Origin: the human T2T-CHM13v2.0 reference genome, Homo sapiens
Reading direction: 5' to 3' (one strand)
Length of the DNA stretch: 64,000 bases
NCBI RefSeq assembly: GCF_009914755.1
Contig: NC_060928.1
Shown here piece by piece: positions 17,518 through 30,670 of the stretch. Each line of letters begins with the position of its first letter. The stretch's first letter is position 1. The translations under genes were made by a program, and so were the position numbers. The notes under the pieces were generated by a model that had not been told where the DNA came from, did no database searches, and saw only the letters and a list, made by a program, of their open reading frames with translations.

Positions 17518-17591
17518 TTTCTCATAAAAATCAGTAAAACAGTGATTTCTCATAAAACAGTGATTTCTCATAAAAATCAGTAAAACAGTGA
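17518..17591. repeat. Local tandem repeat, units of 28/18/28 bp
   Basis: tttctcataaaaatcagtaaaacagtga, tttctcataaaacagtga, tttctcataaaaatcagtaaaacagtga. Confidence 0.95.
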
Positions 17592-18279
17592 TGTTGACCA
17601 TCTTGTAGCAGCAACAGACAAAATATCCATGTCATAATCAAAAATGTCCTATTCATATAACTTTCAAGTGACATTACACTTTTGGCAGAAGATAGAGTTT
17701 CGGGTAGAGCTTCAGGGTTTGAAAATAATGGCTAACCACTAGACAGATTAAGCATATATACAGAATGGCAGACAATGGCTGAATTTCACACATCAGATGT
17801 TTTCAGTTGCACTATACACATGAGTGATTTTGCATCACATATACATAGATAGTAATTGTAATTTTCTAATACAAAGGACATAGGCATAAGCTAAACTCTC
17901 TTTTTTCCCTAGCATCTTGGGTAGAGATAGAAAATTTCTTAATATTAATGCTAATTTTAACAACTCCTAGCATTGTAAAATGATTTATATCACACAGTAG
18001 TAATAGCACAAAGAACAATGAACCAGAAAACAAATTGATCATGGTTTTGTTATTGTCTTTTAGGCCAAACTCACCTTCCCTTAAGCAATTGCTCAGTGCT
18101 CAGTGAACTGAGTTTAAAAATGCTCATCACCTTCTTTTTCCAATCTTGAAGGATCTGGAAGAGACAGCATCTTCAAGGATGAACAGGGTTTAATAGATTT
18201 TAAATTGTTCCCAGAATTCAAGAAACAGTTTTTCATTTGCTTTGCATGCTGTGACACCCAAGGCATTTATGGAATACAT

Positions 18280-18281
<2 letters not shown>

Positions 18282-18329
<48 letters not shown>

Positions 18330-18332
18330 CAC
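18282..18332. repeat. (TG)19(CG)4TGCAC compound microsatellite
   Basis: Read directly; 51 nt of uninterrupted purine/pyrimidine alternation. Confidence 0.97.
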
Positions 18333-20025
18333 TCATGTGTCCACTGGGACGGGGAAAGGTATAATATGAAATATTTGGTAAGGCAAAATGATCAATCCAA
18401 CAGCTCAGTTCATAGCTCAGTATGTGCCTTAGTGGCTTGGTTTGACACAGTATCTTTATACCAGTTAAATCCTGTAAGACAATCAATTTTAAAAAGTTAC
18501 AACACAATGTAAATATAATTCAATAAATCTTGGTTTGTTAACATTCATTGACTATTCAATTACCTAAATAGTCTTTGGAGGATCTTTTTAGAATACTAGA
18601 TTTTATCCTCCTTGTTCTTTTTGTTTTAACTGTTTCAGTTATTTAAGGACCCGTGATCTGAAAATAGATTATTTATTTATGAACAAATGAGACTTGGAGG
18701 ATGAATTGGAATGTCAGAGGCATAAAAACATTAAATTGCCTAGGATTTTGTCCAGGTGTCTATTCACAGTATATAATCACTAAGCTTGGTAAATACAGAA
18801 TGAAATAGCAGACGCTGTGAAGAGATTGCATCCCTTCTTGCTCTAAGCCTAAGATCACAACTAAACAAAAGATCTTGTATACCTCATAAATATTGTACCA
18901 AAACTTTCTTGACATGGCATTTTCAGAGGTTAGTTAGATACAGGATCTTGAGAAAGAAAGCAAAATTATGAATTTAGAAAACCTCAAAGTACAACAAAGC
19001 AAAACTTGGGAAAAATAAATAATCAAACAGCGATTTAGCTAGCAGAACAGTGTTAAACATATTGCAGATTTGCACATACATGTATAGATGTCTGAAATAT
19101 CTTTGTGTCCAAGAAAAGAAATAACCAAGAGTAGGAATACTATTAGTAATAAAGAATACTAACTATTTCTTTTCTCACTGTCTGTCTGTGTGATCATGGG
19201 CAAATAACTTATTTGGACCTCATTTATTTTTACATGTGTTTTAAAACTTACAAAAATGAAAGAACAGTAATACTTGAAGTGAAATATTTCTAAGAACAGA
19301 CTGCAAAACAGCATTTTTAAAATATATAATACTACCACACACAATTACAAATGTCAAAAATTAGATGGATTTTGGTTAAATATAAAATATTCAGCTAGTT
19401 ATTGGTTCATACTAATAAAAGACAGCTCATGACAGAATTATCTTTTTTCTCATTTAGAATTAAATATCCACAGCTGTAGTTACACAAATGCACTAAACTT
19501 CTCTTTGCAGAGTTTGCATATTATTCAACAAATATTTTAATGGTTAACACCCCAACTTGGTCAAAATCAGAGAGAAAAAATGTTTAAGACAAATGATAGT
19601 GCCAGAAGCACATGCAACAGCTGACAAAAGAAAAATGATAACTGCCGTTCCTAATTGCCTGTTAAAAACCAGAAATGTTTAAGTTCATAAGTCAATTTTT
19701 CTTTGTGAAACATGGAGTCAACAGTTTGCAACATTAAATTTGGAATATTCTTGTTTGCATTAGTAATAGGGGAACATCCCTTTATTTGGAAAAAGGTTTA
19801 ATGTATTTTATTTGGGGCCTGATTTATCAACAAGTCACAGAGTCATTTTACAGAAGTGTGCTGAAATTAAATGAAATGCATTGAATGAGTACAGCAGAGC
19901 ACTACATTTTGTGAGGTACAAATATAAAACATATTATACTAGACATATAAACATAACGATTCTGAGAAAATAATAATATGTTAACACATGTAACATAGTG
20001 TAGGAAAAGGAGCTGTTGATATTAA

Positions 20026-20621
20026 ATTTAGTAGACAAAGAAGATAATATGGCATAATGGATTGGTTGAGAAAAGAACAGAATTGGTAAGAATTGAAACG
20101 TGATATTAAAAAGTAGAAAATAGTGTAATTATGGTAGATTTTTTTCATATGAGAGTATTGGTTGGATAGCTTTTCATGAAAAATGTCTGTAAGAATATAC
20201 ATTAGATTTGGCAAATGTATTAGTTTTCTATAGCTGCAGTAACAGATTACCACAACTTGGATAGTTTACAAGAACAGAAATTTGGTCTCTGACAGTTCTG
20301 GAGACTAGAACTTCAAAATCATATTGTATTTAGTAGATAAAGAAGATAATATGGCAGAATGGATTGGTTGAGAAAAGAACAGAATTGGTAAGAATAGAAA
20401 CATGATATTAAAAAGTAGAAAATAGTGTAATTATGGTAGATCTTTCATATGAGAGTATTGGTTAGATGGCTTTTCATGAAAAATATCTGTAAGAAAATAC
20501 ATTAGATTTGACAAATGTATTGATTTTCTATAGCTGCAGTAACAGTTTACCACAACTTGGATGGTTTAAAACAACAGAAATTTGTTCTCTCACAGTTCTG
20601 GAGACTAGAATTTCAAAATCA
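20026..20621. repeat. Tandem duplication with a ~302-bp period
   Basis: Copies start at 20026 and 20328 (atttagtaga(c/t)aaagaagataatatggca...). About 20 differences by hand count, roughly 93% identity. Confidence 0.95.
20216..20325 (-). mobile_element. Duplicated 3' end of the neighbouring MLT1B-like LTR
   Basis: tgtattagttttctatagctgcagtaacagattaccacaac...cagttctggagactagaacttcaaaatca; stops at the duplication junction. Confidence 0.85.
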
Positions 20622-20958
20622 CATACCAGCAAAATTGGTCCCTACAGAGCTCTGAAGGGGAGTCCGTCCCAAGCTTCTTTTTCTGCTTCTGAGAGTTACC
20701 AGTTACCCTTGGCCTTCTTTGGATTATAAATGCGTAAGTGCGAGCTCTGCCTACGTCCACATGCAGAAATCTTTGCTCTGTGTCTCTGTCTCTTCTCTTT
20801 TTATAACAATAGCAGTCATTAAGGGCTTACTCTATGCAATTATTGCTTCATCTTAACTAATTATATTTGCAATGACTCTGTCTCCAAATAAGGTCATATT
20901 CAGAGATTCTGGTGGTTAGGACTTTAAGTGTTGAGAAGGGAAATTTTTACCTATAACA
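20516..20958 (-). mobile_element. MaLR solo LTR (MLT1B-like)
   Basis: TG...CA termini (tgtattgattttcta ... cctataaca); internal ttctctcacagttctggagactagaa and catcttaactaattatatttgcaatgactctgtctccaaataaggtcatattc. Confidence 0.88.
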
Positions 20959-21649
20959 GAAAGTAAATATTTTATATAATAGGGTTGTATAATATCAATA
21001 TTAGCTTGAAGTTTACAGGAACTCATTAGATGTACAGATTAGGAGAAAAGCAATTTTGAAAGTGGAACTTTGGGATTATTTAATTGTTTGGAGAATTCTA
21101 CAAAAATACAAATATGAGGTAATTAAAACATATATAGTAGAAATGGAAAGAACATGTTAAACCAGTCTCTTGTTAAAGAATGATATACCCTAATAGTACT
21201 GCTGCAAAACAAATAAAAATACCAAGAAACTATAAAAAAAAAAGCATAACATAAAAACATAACTTTGCATCTATCAATGATATGAAAAATAATTTAAAAA
21301 TTCTCAGAGGCCAAACGGAAAGTAAAAAGAGGCAAAGATTCTAAAACGGTCGTCAAATTCTATTGATTTTAACCTTCAATTTTTGCTACCGTGTAGCAGA
21401 AGACAAAGTGTAGAAACTGACTTTATGGGAAATCTGATAGAAGACTCAAAAAACAAAGCTGACACCTGTAAAGACTATTCTCTTAGTATGACTGTGAACT
21501 AAAGAATAATAGCAAAATAATAATAGCAAAATTTGATGTGCAAATGTGACTTAAATTATTGATTTTATTTCTTTTCTAAAAACAATATTAAGGCTATGTA
21601 ATAAATTTAAATCTTTTAAATTATGCATGTTGAAATGCTGATGGTAAAC

Positions 21650-22130
21650 ACTTTAAACAAAACAAAAATAGTGTATTTAATTTCTAAATTAGAGGAAGAA
21701 AGTAGAAAAAGAAAGCAAAATAATATCAAACAAACCAAAGTTATTACAATGGAAAGAAAAATAATAACATAAAGCAAAATAAAATTTTGAGCCAAAGAAA
21801 GTTGTAGAATACATACATTGTGATTTAATTTATATACAATTCCAACTACAAAGCCAAGTAAGATAAAAAGGAATGCACATATATATTCCAACACCACATA
21901 AAAAAGAAAGGGAGTGATTAACATAGAATTGGGGTAATACTTCTCTCCTGAACAGAGAAAGGGAAAAAGAATTGGAAAGGAGGCATACAGGGGATCTAAT
22001 ATTGAAAATTAGGAATTTGTATTACCCGCATTTCAAAGAAGATATACAGTTATGTGTTTTATTATTTGTATTTAAAATTAACAAAAATAATTTGTGCATA
22101 TTCAAAAATTAATAAAATATTTTAAAAGAG
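21650..22130 (+). mobile_element. Ancient L1ME-type 3' end
   Basis: ttgagccaaagaaagttgtagaatacatacattgtgatttaatttata...aaagggagtgattaacatagaattggggtaatac...ggaaaggaggcatacaggga. Confidence 0.6.
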
Positions 22131-25100
22131 AATAAAAAGATTGTAAAATTATACTAAATTTAGAGAGATACCTTTGCCAAAAGTGGAAATTTGTTACAGG
22201 ATTTGTTCGTATACTAACATTCTCAAACGGCGATTTTTGTCCTTCAATGTCACTTTCTGGTTGTTATGATTGTTTCTAGACAGAAAGTTGAGGTTTGATG
22301 CAGCAAGCTTGTCCTCCTCTAAAATTGCTTTGCACAGTCTACCAAGAAATCTAATTTTCAGGTGTAGTGAACTCATCATAGAAGCATATATGTATGCATA
22401 TATAATCAAATATATAAATATATATTTCCAATCAAATTAGACAAAGACACTGTCTTTAATGATACCATTATTTAGTATGCTTTATGGTTCTTAGAAATTA
22501 TAGATTTGTCCCCTTAATCTTTGGTAGAGTCAAAAGTAATGTCTTATTAGTGTCTCTTGAAAACTAGTAAGAGACATTGCCATTGTTCTTAATCTTTTAT
22601 ATGTTTCACTTAATCTCATTCAATATTATAACTTTATTCAGCTCTTGTAAAATTTAATATAGTTGAAATGAAGGAGATATATACTGAAAGATACATTTTT
22701 AGAAGGAATTATGGAAATATGTATATATGTTCTATTCACTGATAAATACATATTAATATTAAACATATATAAAAATAAAACTACATAAAATAAAGAAACA
22801 TATTCACTATGAAGTGAATTGAATTACTGCAACTAATACTCAGTTTGATTGACTTGCCTAGAGTAAAAATCTATAGTAAAAAAAAGAAATCTGACAGAAC
22901 AATTACACAGCTCAATATCAAAGAGAGGAATTTCAATTATTCAAGAATGAACTTTTATTTTTATGGTCCTTTAAAATTTCTTTATACAAACATTTAACAA
23001 TACAATCTTTAAATCTATGGATAAATATGTAAATAAGATACTATCATATGTGCTTTTTTTAGTAGTTTTTTTCCTTTTACTTTCCTTTTTAAAATTTGTG
23101 TAAGTAGCCTCTTCTCTTACTTTTCATAAAACTGCTACCAGTTGTTAATCCACGTTAGTTCACTAAGATACCTTCTTGTATTTGCCCTTAATTTGTATAT
23201 CTGAAAACACAGGAAGAATTAAGATCAATTATGACTGTGCAAAAATTGGGTCATCTTACTCATAATTAACTTAATCACAGAAATCTCTCTAAATCAACTG
23301 GTATATATCTACCATTGTTGGTTTTGACATTTAAAAAAAAAACTGTCTTTAATGATGGGCGTTTCTTTGCTTCTTTGTCTCACAGTGTATCTTTTTGGGG
23401 TGATCGTGTGTGTTTGTGTGTGCGTTTAAATGAATAAATATATATTTGTTAATATATAGGTACTTTGCATTTTTGAAAGTGATCATCTGTTGTTTAATTG
23501 TGGGATCAGAGTTTGTGCTACTTAACCTTGATTTTAGTAAGTTGCTAGTTTTCAAATGACTGTAATATTTAAAGTATATGAATACTCCTTAATCCACCAT
23601 ATACAGGTATTTCTAATTTGGAAAATTCTGGTTGTATATTATGACAGGCCCGATATGTCACTAATGTTCGTGTTGAGAATTTCACTATTGGTTAAATAAC
23701 TAATCTACTTCTCACTGAGATAATACCAACTTCATAATGCAATATTTTCACACATTTTAAGTTCTATTCATATTTTTTGTGTAGTTTATTTTGTTCTTTT
23801 GATCTGCATACCTTTTCCTATGCAGTTTCCATGTCAACTTGTTTTCAGAGGCTTTATGATTTATTCTCTCAATTCATACACAGTAAGTTTTTAAATATTC
23901 TCGCCAGTTGTTCTGTATTCTAGCACAGCTGTTATGCCCTTTGATTTTAAGATCATTTTATTAAATTTCAAAAGCAACAACTAAGACGGTGCTGAATCTA
24001 AAAGTAAAACTTTAATAATGGAGTTTACTTAAGAAATGCCACTATAATGGAGATTATTTATAAAAAGTTACCATAGATGCATAAATAATATTCAGTTATG
24101 TCATGTGCTAAAACATCATTAATTGTCATTCTTTGATTAAAGCTCATATATTTTATATAGCTGTTAGTCAAAATGTTAGTAATAAACACAGATGACTTCG
24201 AAATATATTTCTAATTATCTCTCAAGTGAGATTTAGATAGAATTGATAATTGGATAATGAAAAAATATGCTGTCTGACAGAGATTGGTACTCTATAATTC
24301 TCTATAGGTGATTGAAGAAGGATATACTTGTATTTGAAACAAGAACATTACACGGTATAATTGAAATTGTCAATATTTTTTTCATAAAGAAGTACATATT
24401 TCAAAGTTTAGTCATAGAAAATATATGAAATAATATAATTAATAGTGATTTGAAAGAGAACACAAAAATGAAAAAAATATGTATAAAAATGTTATAGTCA
24501 TTGGTGGTTCCTGGAATATGTTAAGTTTACTCGTTGAAGGAATAGAATTATACTAAGGGAGTTAAGCTGAATGGGCATGTTCTCTTATTTTTGTGGGAGT
24601 GCTGGTGAGATGGTTTGTTGCTACATTTCTTTTTGTCTTCCATCTTCATTAATTTTCTGCTGTACTTTATTCTATTTCTTTGCTTTCCCAGAAAGTCAAC
24701 AAGATTATTGAGTCAATGCTCATGTTAAAAAATATGTATGGTTATTTAATAATATGATTTCTAATTATGATGCTTCTGTCATCTTTTATTATGCATGACT
24801 TAAAACTTTTTTATAATGAACATGCATATTTTCAGTGCATTTAAACCAATATTCTAAAAGTAATTTAGTCACTAAAAATATTTGATCGAACAAAAAAAAA
24901 CTAAATATCTAAATCGATTGTTTAAAAAATTGCTACAAACAAAGCCATTCTTTATTTCTGGATTTTAGGATTCATTTCTTAGAGTGCCTTGATGTTATGT
25001 TTAATAAATAGTTACTCGCCATAACCTAATAGCATTCTATTTATATGATAGTTATTCTATATACTAATGATTTATTCTGTATTGCATAAGTACATCTTGA

Positions 25101-25270
25101 CTGTCAATTTTCTTCCTATGTCTGTCTTGCTGTGCCTCCCTTGTGGTCCCTCAGAGTAGTTTTGTCCATGATTCTGTCCTTGGACTTCTTCTCTTTCCAC
25201 TCTTAAATTTTTCAGCTCATTTGAAAATGACCTTAAATATCACCAAATACCACCTACAAGCTCATCACTG

Positions 25271-25603
25271 CAGTAGTCCCCCATTATGCATGGTGTTACC
25301 ACCATGGTTTCAATTATGTGTGGTCAACCGAGGTCAGAAAATCAGTAATTACAGTACAATAAGATATTTTTAGAGAGACCAGATGCACGTAACTTTTGTG
25401 ACAGTGTATTGTTACAAGTGCTCTACTTTATTAGTAGTAATTGTTGCTAATCTCTTATTGTGCCTAATTTGTATATTAAACTTATCATAGGTATGTAAGT
25501 ATAGGAGAAACTTGGTAATTATAAAGTTTGGTACTTTCTGTGGTTTCAGGCATCCAACCAGATCTTAGAACACATTCCCTGCAGATAAAGGGGCATACAG
25601 CTG
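25271..25603 (+). mobile_element. MER44A (TcMar-Tigger non-autonomous DNA transposon)
   Basis: Terminal repeats cagtagtcccccattatgc ... gcagataaaggggcatacagctg|ta; internal gtacaataagatattttt and gtgcctaatttgtatattaaacttatcataggtatgt. Confidence 0.88.
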
Positions 25604-26096
25604 TACTTAAGGAGTAATTTCTAGCCAAGAATCTCTCTTCAAGTCACAAATGACCATCAGAAAGGTCCATCAAACGTAAAGATAAAAATTAAATATAATC
25701 ATCATTTTTACCCTGATACTTCTCCCAGTATGAATGCAAATCAGGTCCACAAAATATTCTTTCTTCTCTAACACTTTTCCCTCTGAAGAGTACTATCCTC
25801 CAAATCATTCGAGTCATAAAACTAGCGCCTTCCTATTTTAATTATTCTCCTAACTTCAATCTCCATCCGTCATTAAATTCTATAGATCTTATCTTCTTTA
25901 TACTTCCCATATCTAGTCTGCCTGTATCCAGTACTCCTATATTATTCAGACAGGTATTTAGTCCTGAGTTATTATCTTCTAAGTATTCTGCATGCCTGCA
26001 TTCCCACATCACTCACAAACCTTTTATACCTGTTCCAGAGTAATTTTCTTCCAACATAGGCATGATTATACTACATCCATGCTTGAAACTTTTTCA

Positions 26097-26893
26097 TGGG
26101 CGTTGAGCTAATTTACACCCCTAACAGTGTTTAAGCATTTCCTTTTCTCCACTGCCTTTCCAACATCTGCTATTTTTTGACTTTTTAATAGTAACTGTGC
26201 TGACTGATATGAGATGGTATTTAATTGTGGTTTTAATTTGCATTTCTCTGATGATTAGTGCTGTTGAGCACTTTTTTCATATGTTCGTTGGCTGCTTGTA
26301 TGTCTTCTTTTGAGAAATGTCTGTTCATATCTTTTGCCCATGGAAAATATTATGGGTCTTTGTCAAAGAACTAAAAATTGATTTACCATTTGACCCAGCA
26401 ATCCCACTACTGGGTTTCTGCCCAGAGGAAATCGTTATATCAAAAAGACTCATATGTTTACCACAGCACTATTCACAATAGTGAAGTCATGGAATCAACC
26501 TAAGCATCCATCAATTGTGCATTGGATTAAGAAAACGTGTTATTTATACACAATTGAATACTACACAGCCATGAAAAATAATGAAATCAGGTCCTCTGTG
26601 CCAATATGGATGGACCTTGAGATTATTATCTTAAGTGAATTAATACAGAAACAGATAATTATATACTGCATGTTATTACTTATAAATGGGATCTAAACAA
26701 TGGGTACACATGTGCATGAGGACAGAAACTATAGACACTAGGGGACTCCAAAGGGAAAATGGAGAGAGACGAGTAAGAGTTGAAAAACTTCCTATTGAGT
26801 ACTATATCCACTATTTTGGTGATTACTTCACTAGAATCTCAAACCCCAGCAAAATGCTTAAAAATCTGATATGTACTCCAAAATGTAATTAAA
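26097..26893 (+). mobile_element. 5'-inverted L1PB-type 3' fragment
   Basis: Antisense ORF2 at about 26097-26340; sense from about 26339 (catggaaaa...gacccagcaatcccactactggg) into a PB-type 3'UTR (ggatctaaacaatgggtacacatg...gttgaaaaacttcctattg). Approximate TSD aaactttttcatgg (26086-26099) and aaattttttttcatag (26891-26906). Confidence 0.88.
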
Positions 26894-26924
26894 TTTTTTT
26901 TCATAGCTTCTTCACGTTCTAAAT

Positions 26925-27129
26925 CAGGAACTAGTAAACTATGGTGCATGGGCCAAATCTGGCTTCCAGCAGTTTTTGCAAAGTTTTCCTGGAACCAGCC
27001 ATGCCCATTCATTTATAATTGTATGTAGCTGCTTTGGTCTATAATGGCAGAGTTGAGTAGCTATGATAGGGACCATGTGGTCTACAAAGCTTAAATATCT
27101 GGAACTTTACAGAAAGTTTTGATACCCTG
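26925..27129 (+). mobile_element. MER58A (hAT-Charlie)
   Basis: caggaactagtaaactatggtgcatgggccaaatctggc...cagccatgcccattcattta...ggcagagttgagtagcta...tttacagaaagttttgataccctg. 8-bp flanks ttctaaat and cttgaaat. Confidence 0.88.
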
Positions 27130-27255
27130 CTTGAAATCCTAAACTCTTAATGTTTGACATCTCCTCCGTATAAATCTGAGTTATTTTCAATACCTTATGC
27201 TATAGCTATCAGAATACACACTGATAATAAATATGTATCAGAACATACACTGATA

Positions 27256-27522
<267 letters not shown>

Positions 27523-28797
27523 TCAACTTCTTGATCATTGGGTAATCTTTTAAGATTCAGAACAATTTTTCACCTTATCGTTGAAACCTAACCCCAGGGG
27601 AAACTAAATTAATTTCTCCTTGCCTTATGCCCTCTTTTCCTCTCTATGCCCTGCACAAGGTTATTTCCCACACATAAAGGGTTCTCCCCTACTTAATTCA
27701 CGTGGTTCTGTCTTAGCCTCTCTACTACCCTGTGCAGAAGCAGGGGGCATGTTTTATACTTTTTTATTATTCCCAACATATAACCCAGTGCCTATCGTAA
27801 AGTTAGCACTCAACACATAGTTGCAGCATGCATGTATACATAAGTGAATATCTATATATATTTTGGGAAAAATATTTTTTAAGAACAACGGTAATTAGTA
27901 TCTATGTTATTGGAAAATTGTTGCTCCCTATCTTTCTTTCCCCATACAAACTTTTCTTCTTAAAGGAGAAGACTACAGTCCTGAATCAATTTACTTTCAA
28001 GTTCCATTTGATCCCATACTATTTATCTTTGACACTGTTTCCTTCTTTCATACTAATAGGTTACATTGGCTTATAGGAATAAAACTGCATTCCTCTCATT
28101 TATTTTTAAAAATATTTTTCTTTCTTTTGAAGTTGATTTCTATTCATTTTTTATTGGACTTAACTTATTCAAGTCTTAACTCATTCCAAGAACTTAACAT
28201 TATTCAAGCTTTATTATAGCCCTGGCACTCCTGTTTCTAAGAGAACACATTAATGATTTGCTACTAAGAACAAAAGAACAACAAATCTGTAGACATTAAT
28301 AGTTGTAGAACAATACTTTAATAGTTCACAATTAATTTTGTCTTCATTGTATATGTCTCTGTGGGAAATATAGAAAGATGCCCTAATACATATTCAGTTC
28401 ACAACTTTTTCTTCCCAGTGTTGTTGGTTAGGTATTTTTTTTCTTAACGATAAAATGAGAAAAGATAGGTTGAGGATAGAAGTAAAGTTATTGTTTAAAA
28501 CAATAAAATTTTAATGGAATACTGTACAAGCAAAAGGATAAGATCACACATCTGCTCCACTTGCCACTTCTATTATTTATGTAAATTAAACAGGATTTCT
28601 TCTATCCCTCACTAAAAATAATCATGGGTGAATGCAAATTTAGGCATACTTATGAACACAGTTTAATTCCCTGTATCCAATTTTGGAAAGAAAAAAGTAA
28701 CATATACATTAATCAAACTGTTTCATATTCTTAATAGGTAGGTAGATAGACAAATGCATATTATTTCTTTAAGAATATTTTCCCATATTACAGTCAT

Positions 28798-28949
28798 GAT
28801 TGCATCTGAAGAATCAGACACTATATTTTGGAGAATTATTCAAAGATAAATATTGCAATTAGTTCAAAGATAAAATAATTCTTCAGATTGTACCTGAAGA
28901 ATCAGACACTATATTTTGGAGAATTAGTTCAAAAATAAATAATGCAATT
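28798..28949. repeat. Local duplication, 88-bp period with a nested triplicated motif
   Basis: gattg(ca/ta)(t/c)ctgaagaatcagacactatattttggagaatta at 28798 and 28886; aatta(g)ttcaaa(g/a)ataaa occurs three times. Confidence 0.92.
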
Positions 28950-29092
28950 TATAGGTGGTAAAATATGTACTTAAGGAACCAGTACAGTACAGATGCCAGT
29001 TTATCCTGGACTTTACATGCATGTGCACATACACATTTTCAGCAAAATGTTTACAATAAGGTAGACCGGTGTGTATTTTATAGTAATTTATT

Positions 29093-29172
29093 ATAGGTTG
29101 GTGAAAAGTAACTGTGGTTCTTGACATTAAAAGTAATTGCAAAAACCACAATTACCTTTGCATCAACCAAAT
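29093..29172. mobile_element. MADE1 (Hsmar1-derived ~80-bp palindromic MITE)
   Basis: taggttggtgaaaagtaactgtggttcttgacattaaaagtaattgcaaaaaccacaattacctttgcatcaaccaaa matches the MADE1 structure of two ITRs around a short spacer. Confidence 0.9.
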
Positions 29173-29418
29173 AGATAGGAAATTAGAAAATACAAGGCTA
29201 AACAAGGTTGATCTGGTTTTTAAGCTATTATGCTAAATATCAAATAGTTAAATTCTGCATAACATATAATTAAACAGAGTAAATTATATTGTATTGGTTT
29301 TAAAATGCTTCACTGCTGTGTACAAAAGCCTTCATTTTAAGGTAGGCATAAATTGTGGCATCAACAAATGTTTATATTATTCACAGTAAAAATTTAACAT
29401 TAATTAAATAAGAAAATA

Positions 29419-29690
29419 GGCCAGGCACAATGACTCATGACTGTAATCCTAGCACTTTGAGAAGCCAAGGTGGGATGATCGCTTGAGCACAGGAGTTCAA
29501 GACCAGCCTGGGAAAGGTGGTGAGACCCTGTTTCTACAAAAGTAAAAAAATTAGCCAGGTGTGGTGGTGCATGCCTGTGGTCCCAGCTACTCAGGAGGCT
29601 GAAATGGGAGAATTGTTTGAGCCCGGGAGTTTGAGGCTGAAGTGAGCCTGAGCAACAGAGGATCATCCTGTCTCTACTTTTTTTAAAAAA
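29419..29690 (+). mobile_element. AluJ (Jo-like) with a ~30-bp right-arm deletion
   Basis: gatcgcttgagcacaggagttcaagaccagcctggg; the right arm jumps gtgagcc|tgagcaacagag at an agcc microhomology. aagaaaat on both flanks. Confidence 0.9.
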
Positions 29691-30109
29691 GAAAATTGTA
29701 ATGAAGAAAGTGCAAGTTTACATTTATGCACTGTCTAATAACAGAAAATTATTTTAAATGTCCTATTACATGGACCTTAATTATATTTAATTATTTGAGA
29801 CACTAAATTTCACTATGCGTACACATATGCACATGCACACATGACTAACCTTATAACTCTAAGTATACAGGCAAATCAAGTCAGTTTGTTTTAGCTACCT
29901 TATTCACAGCAATAAAGCAAAGTGACTAGAGCTATGCATTCACAATTCCTATTTTCATCAACGCATTAGCAATTCCTGTTTGCATTGAAAAGTATTTATC
30001 AAAGTAAATTTTTAAAAATATTTCTGGTATTCATTAATTCTGTTACGTATACTGTTTTATATACAGTCAAGCCATACATCCATCCAGCAATCTATATCTA
30101 TAGCTATAT

Positions 30110-30670
30110 ATATCCTACATACCATGTCACGGGTGCTTTTATACTCTCATAAAGGTTAGAATAGATCAGTGAATAAAAACAGGCAAACACATTATTCTCA
30201 TTGAGCACACTCTTCAGTGAGTGGAGGCAGACTCTAGACAAGATAAATAAGTAAAATATATAGTACATTACATGGATATTAATGTTATGAAAAAATTTGT
30301 GTTACAAATGGAAGTTGGAGGTGATAGTAGGGCCTTCTTAAGAAGGCCCTTAAGAAGGTAGGGTCTTCTTAAAAAAGACCCCAAGGACACAAAGAATAAA
30401 TGTGGAGATTTCTGATGTAAGAATGTTCCTGTCAGAAGGACCAGCACACATTGCTCACTACAAGAGTGGCTACAGGAATAGCAAATAGGCATGCATAACA
30501 GAAGTGGAGTGGAATGAGTGAAGTAAAGGAGAGAAGGTAAGGGAGGTGGTTAGGGCAGAAAACTGGGCAAGAAACTCTAAGATTTGATTCTGAATTGTTC
30601 TTTTGTAGAGGTTGAAATAAACTTTATTTTTATAGCAATAAGATATAATTTATATTTTAAATAAAATTCT
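30110..30670 (-). mobile_element. L2 3' fragment
   Basis: cagtgaataaaaacaggcaaacac...ggaggcagactctagacaagataaataagtaaaatatatagta...aagaatgttcctgtcagaaggaccagcac. Confidence 0.72.

Noticed and set aside
22194-22409. Protein-like 71-aa ORF (KAILEEDKLAASNLNF...)
   Set aside because: No recognisable family, no convincing paired splice sites and no neighbouring exons; cannot be supported without a homology search.
29093-29172. 80-bp palindrome as a novel hairpin RNA
   Set aside because: It is a MADE1 MITE, a known high-copy element, and is imperfect here.
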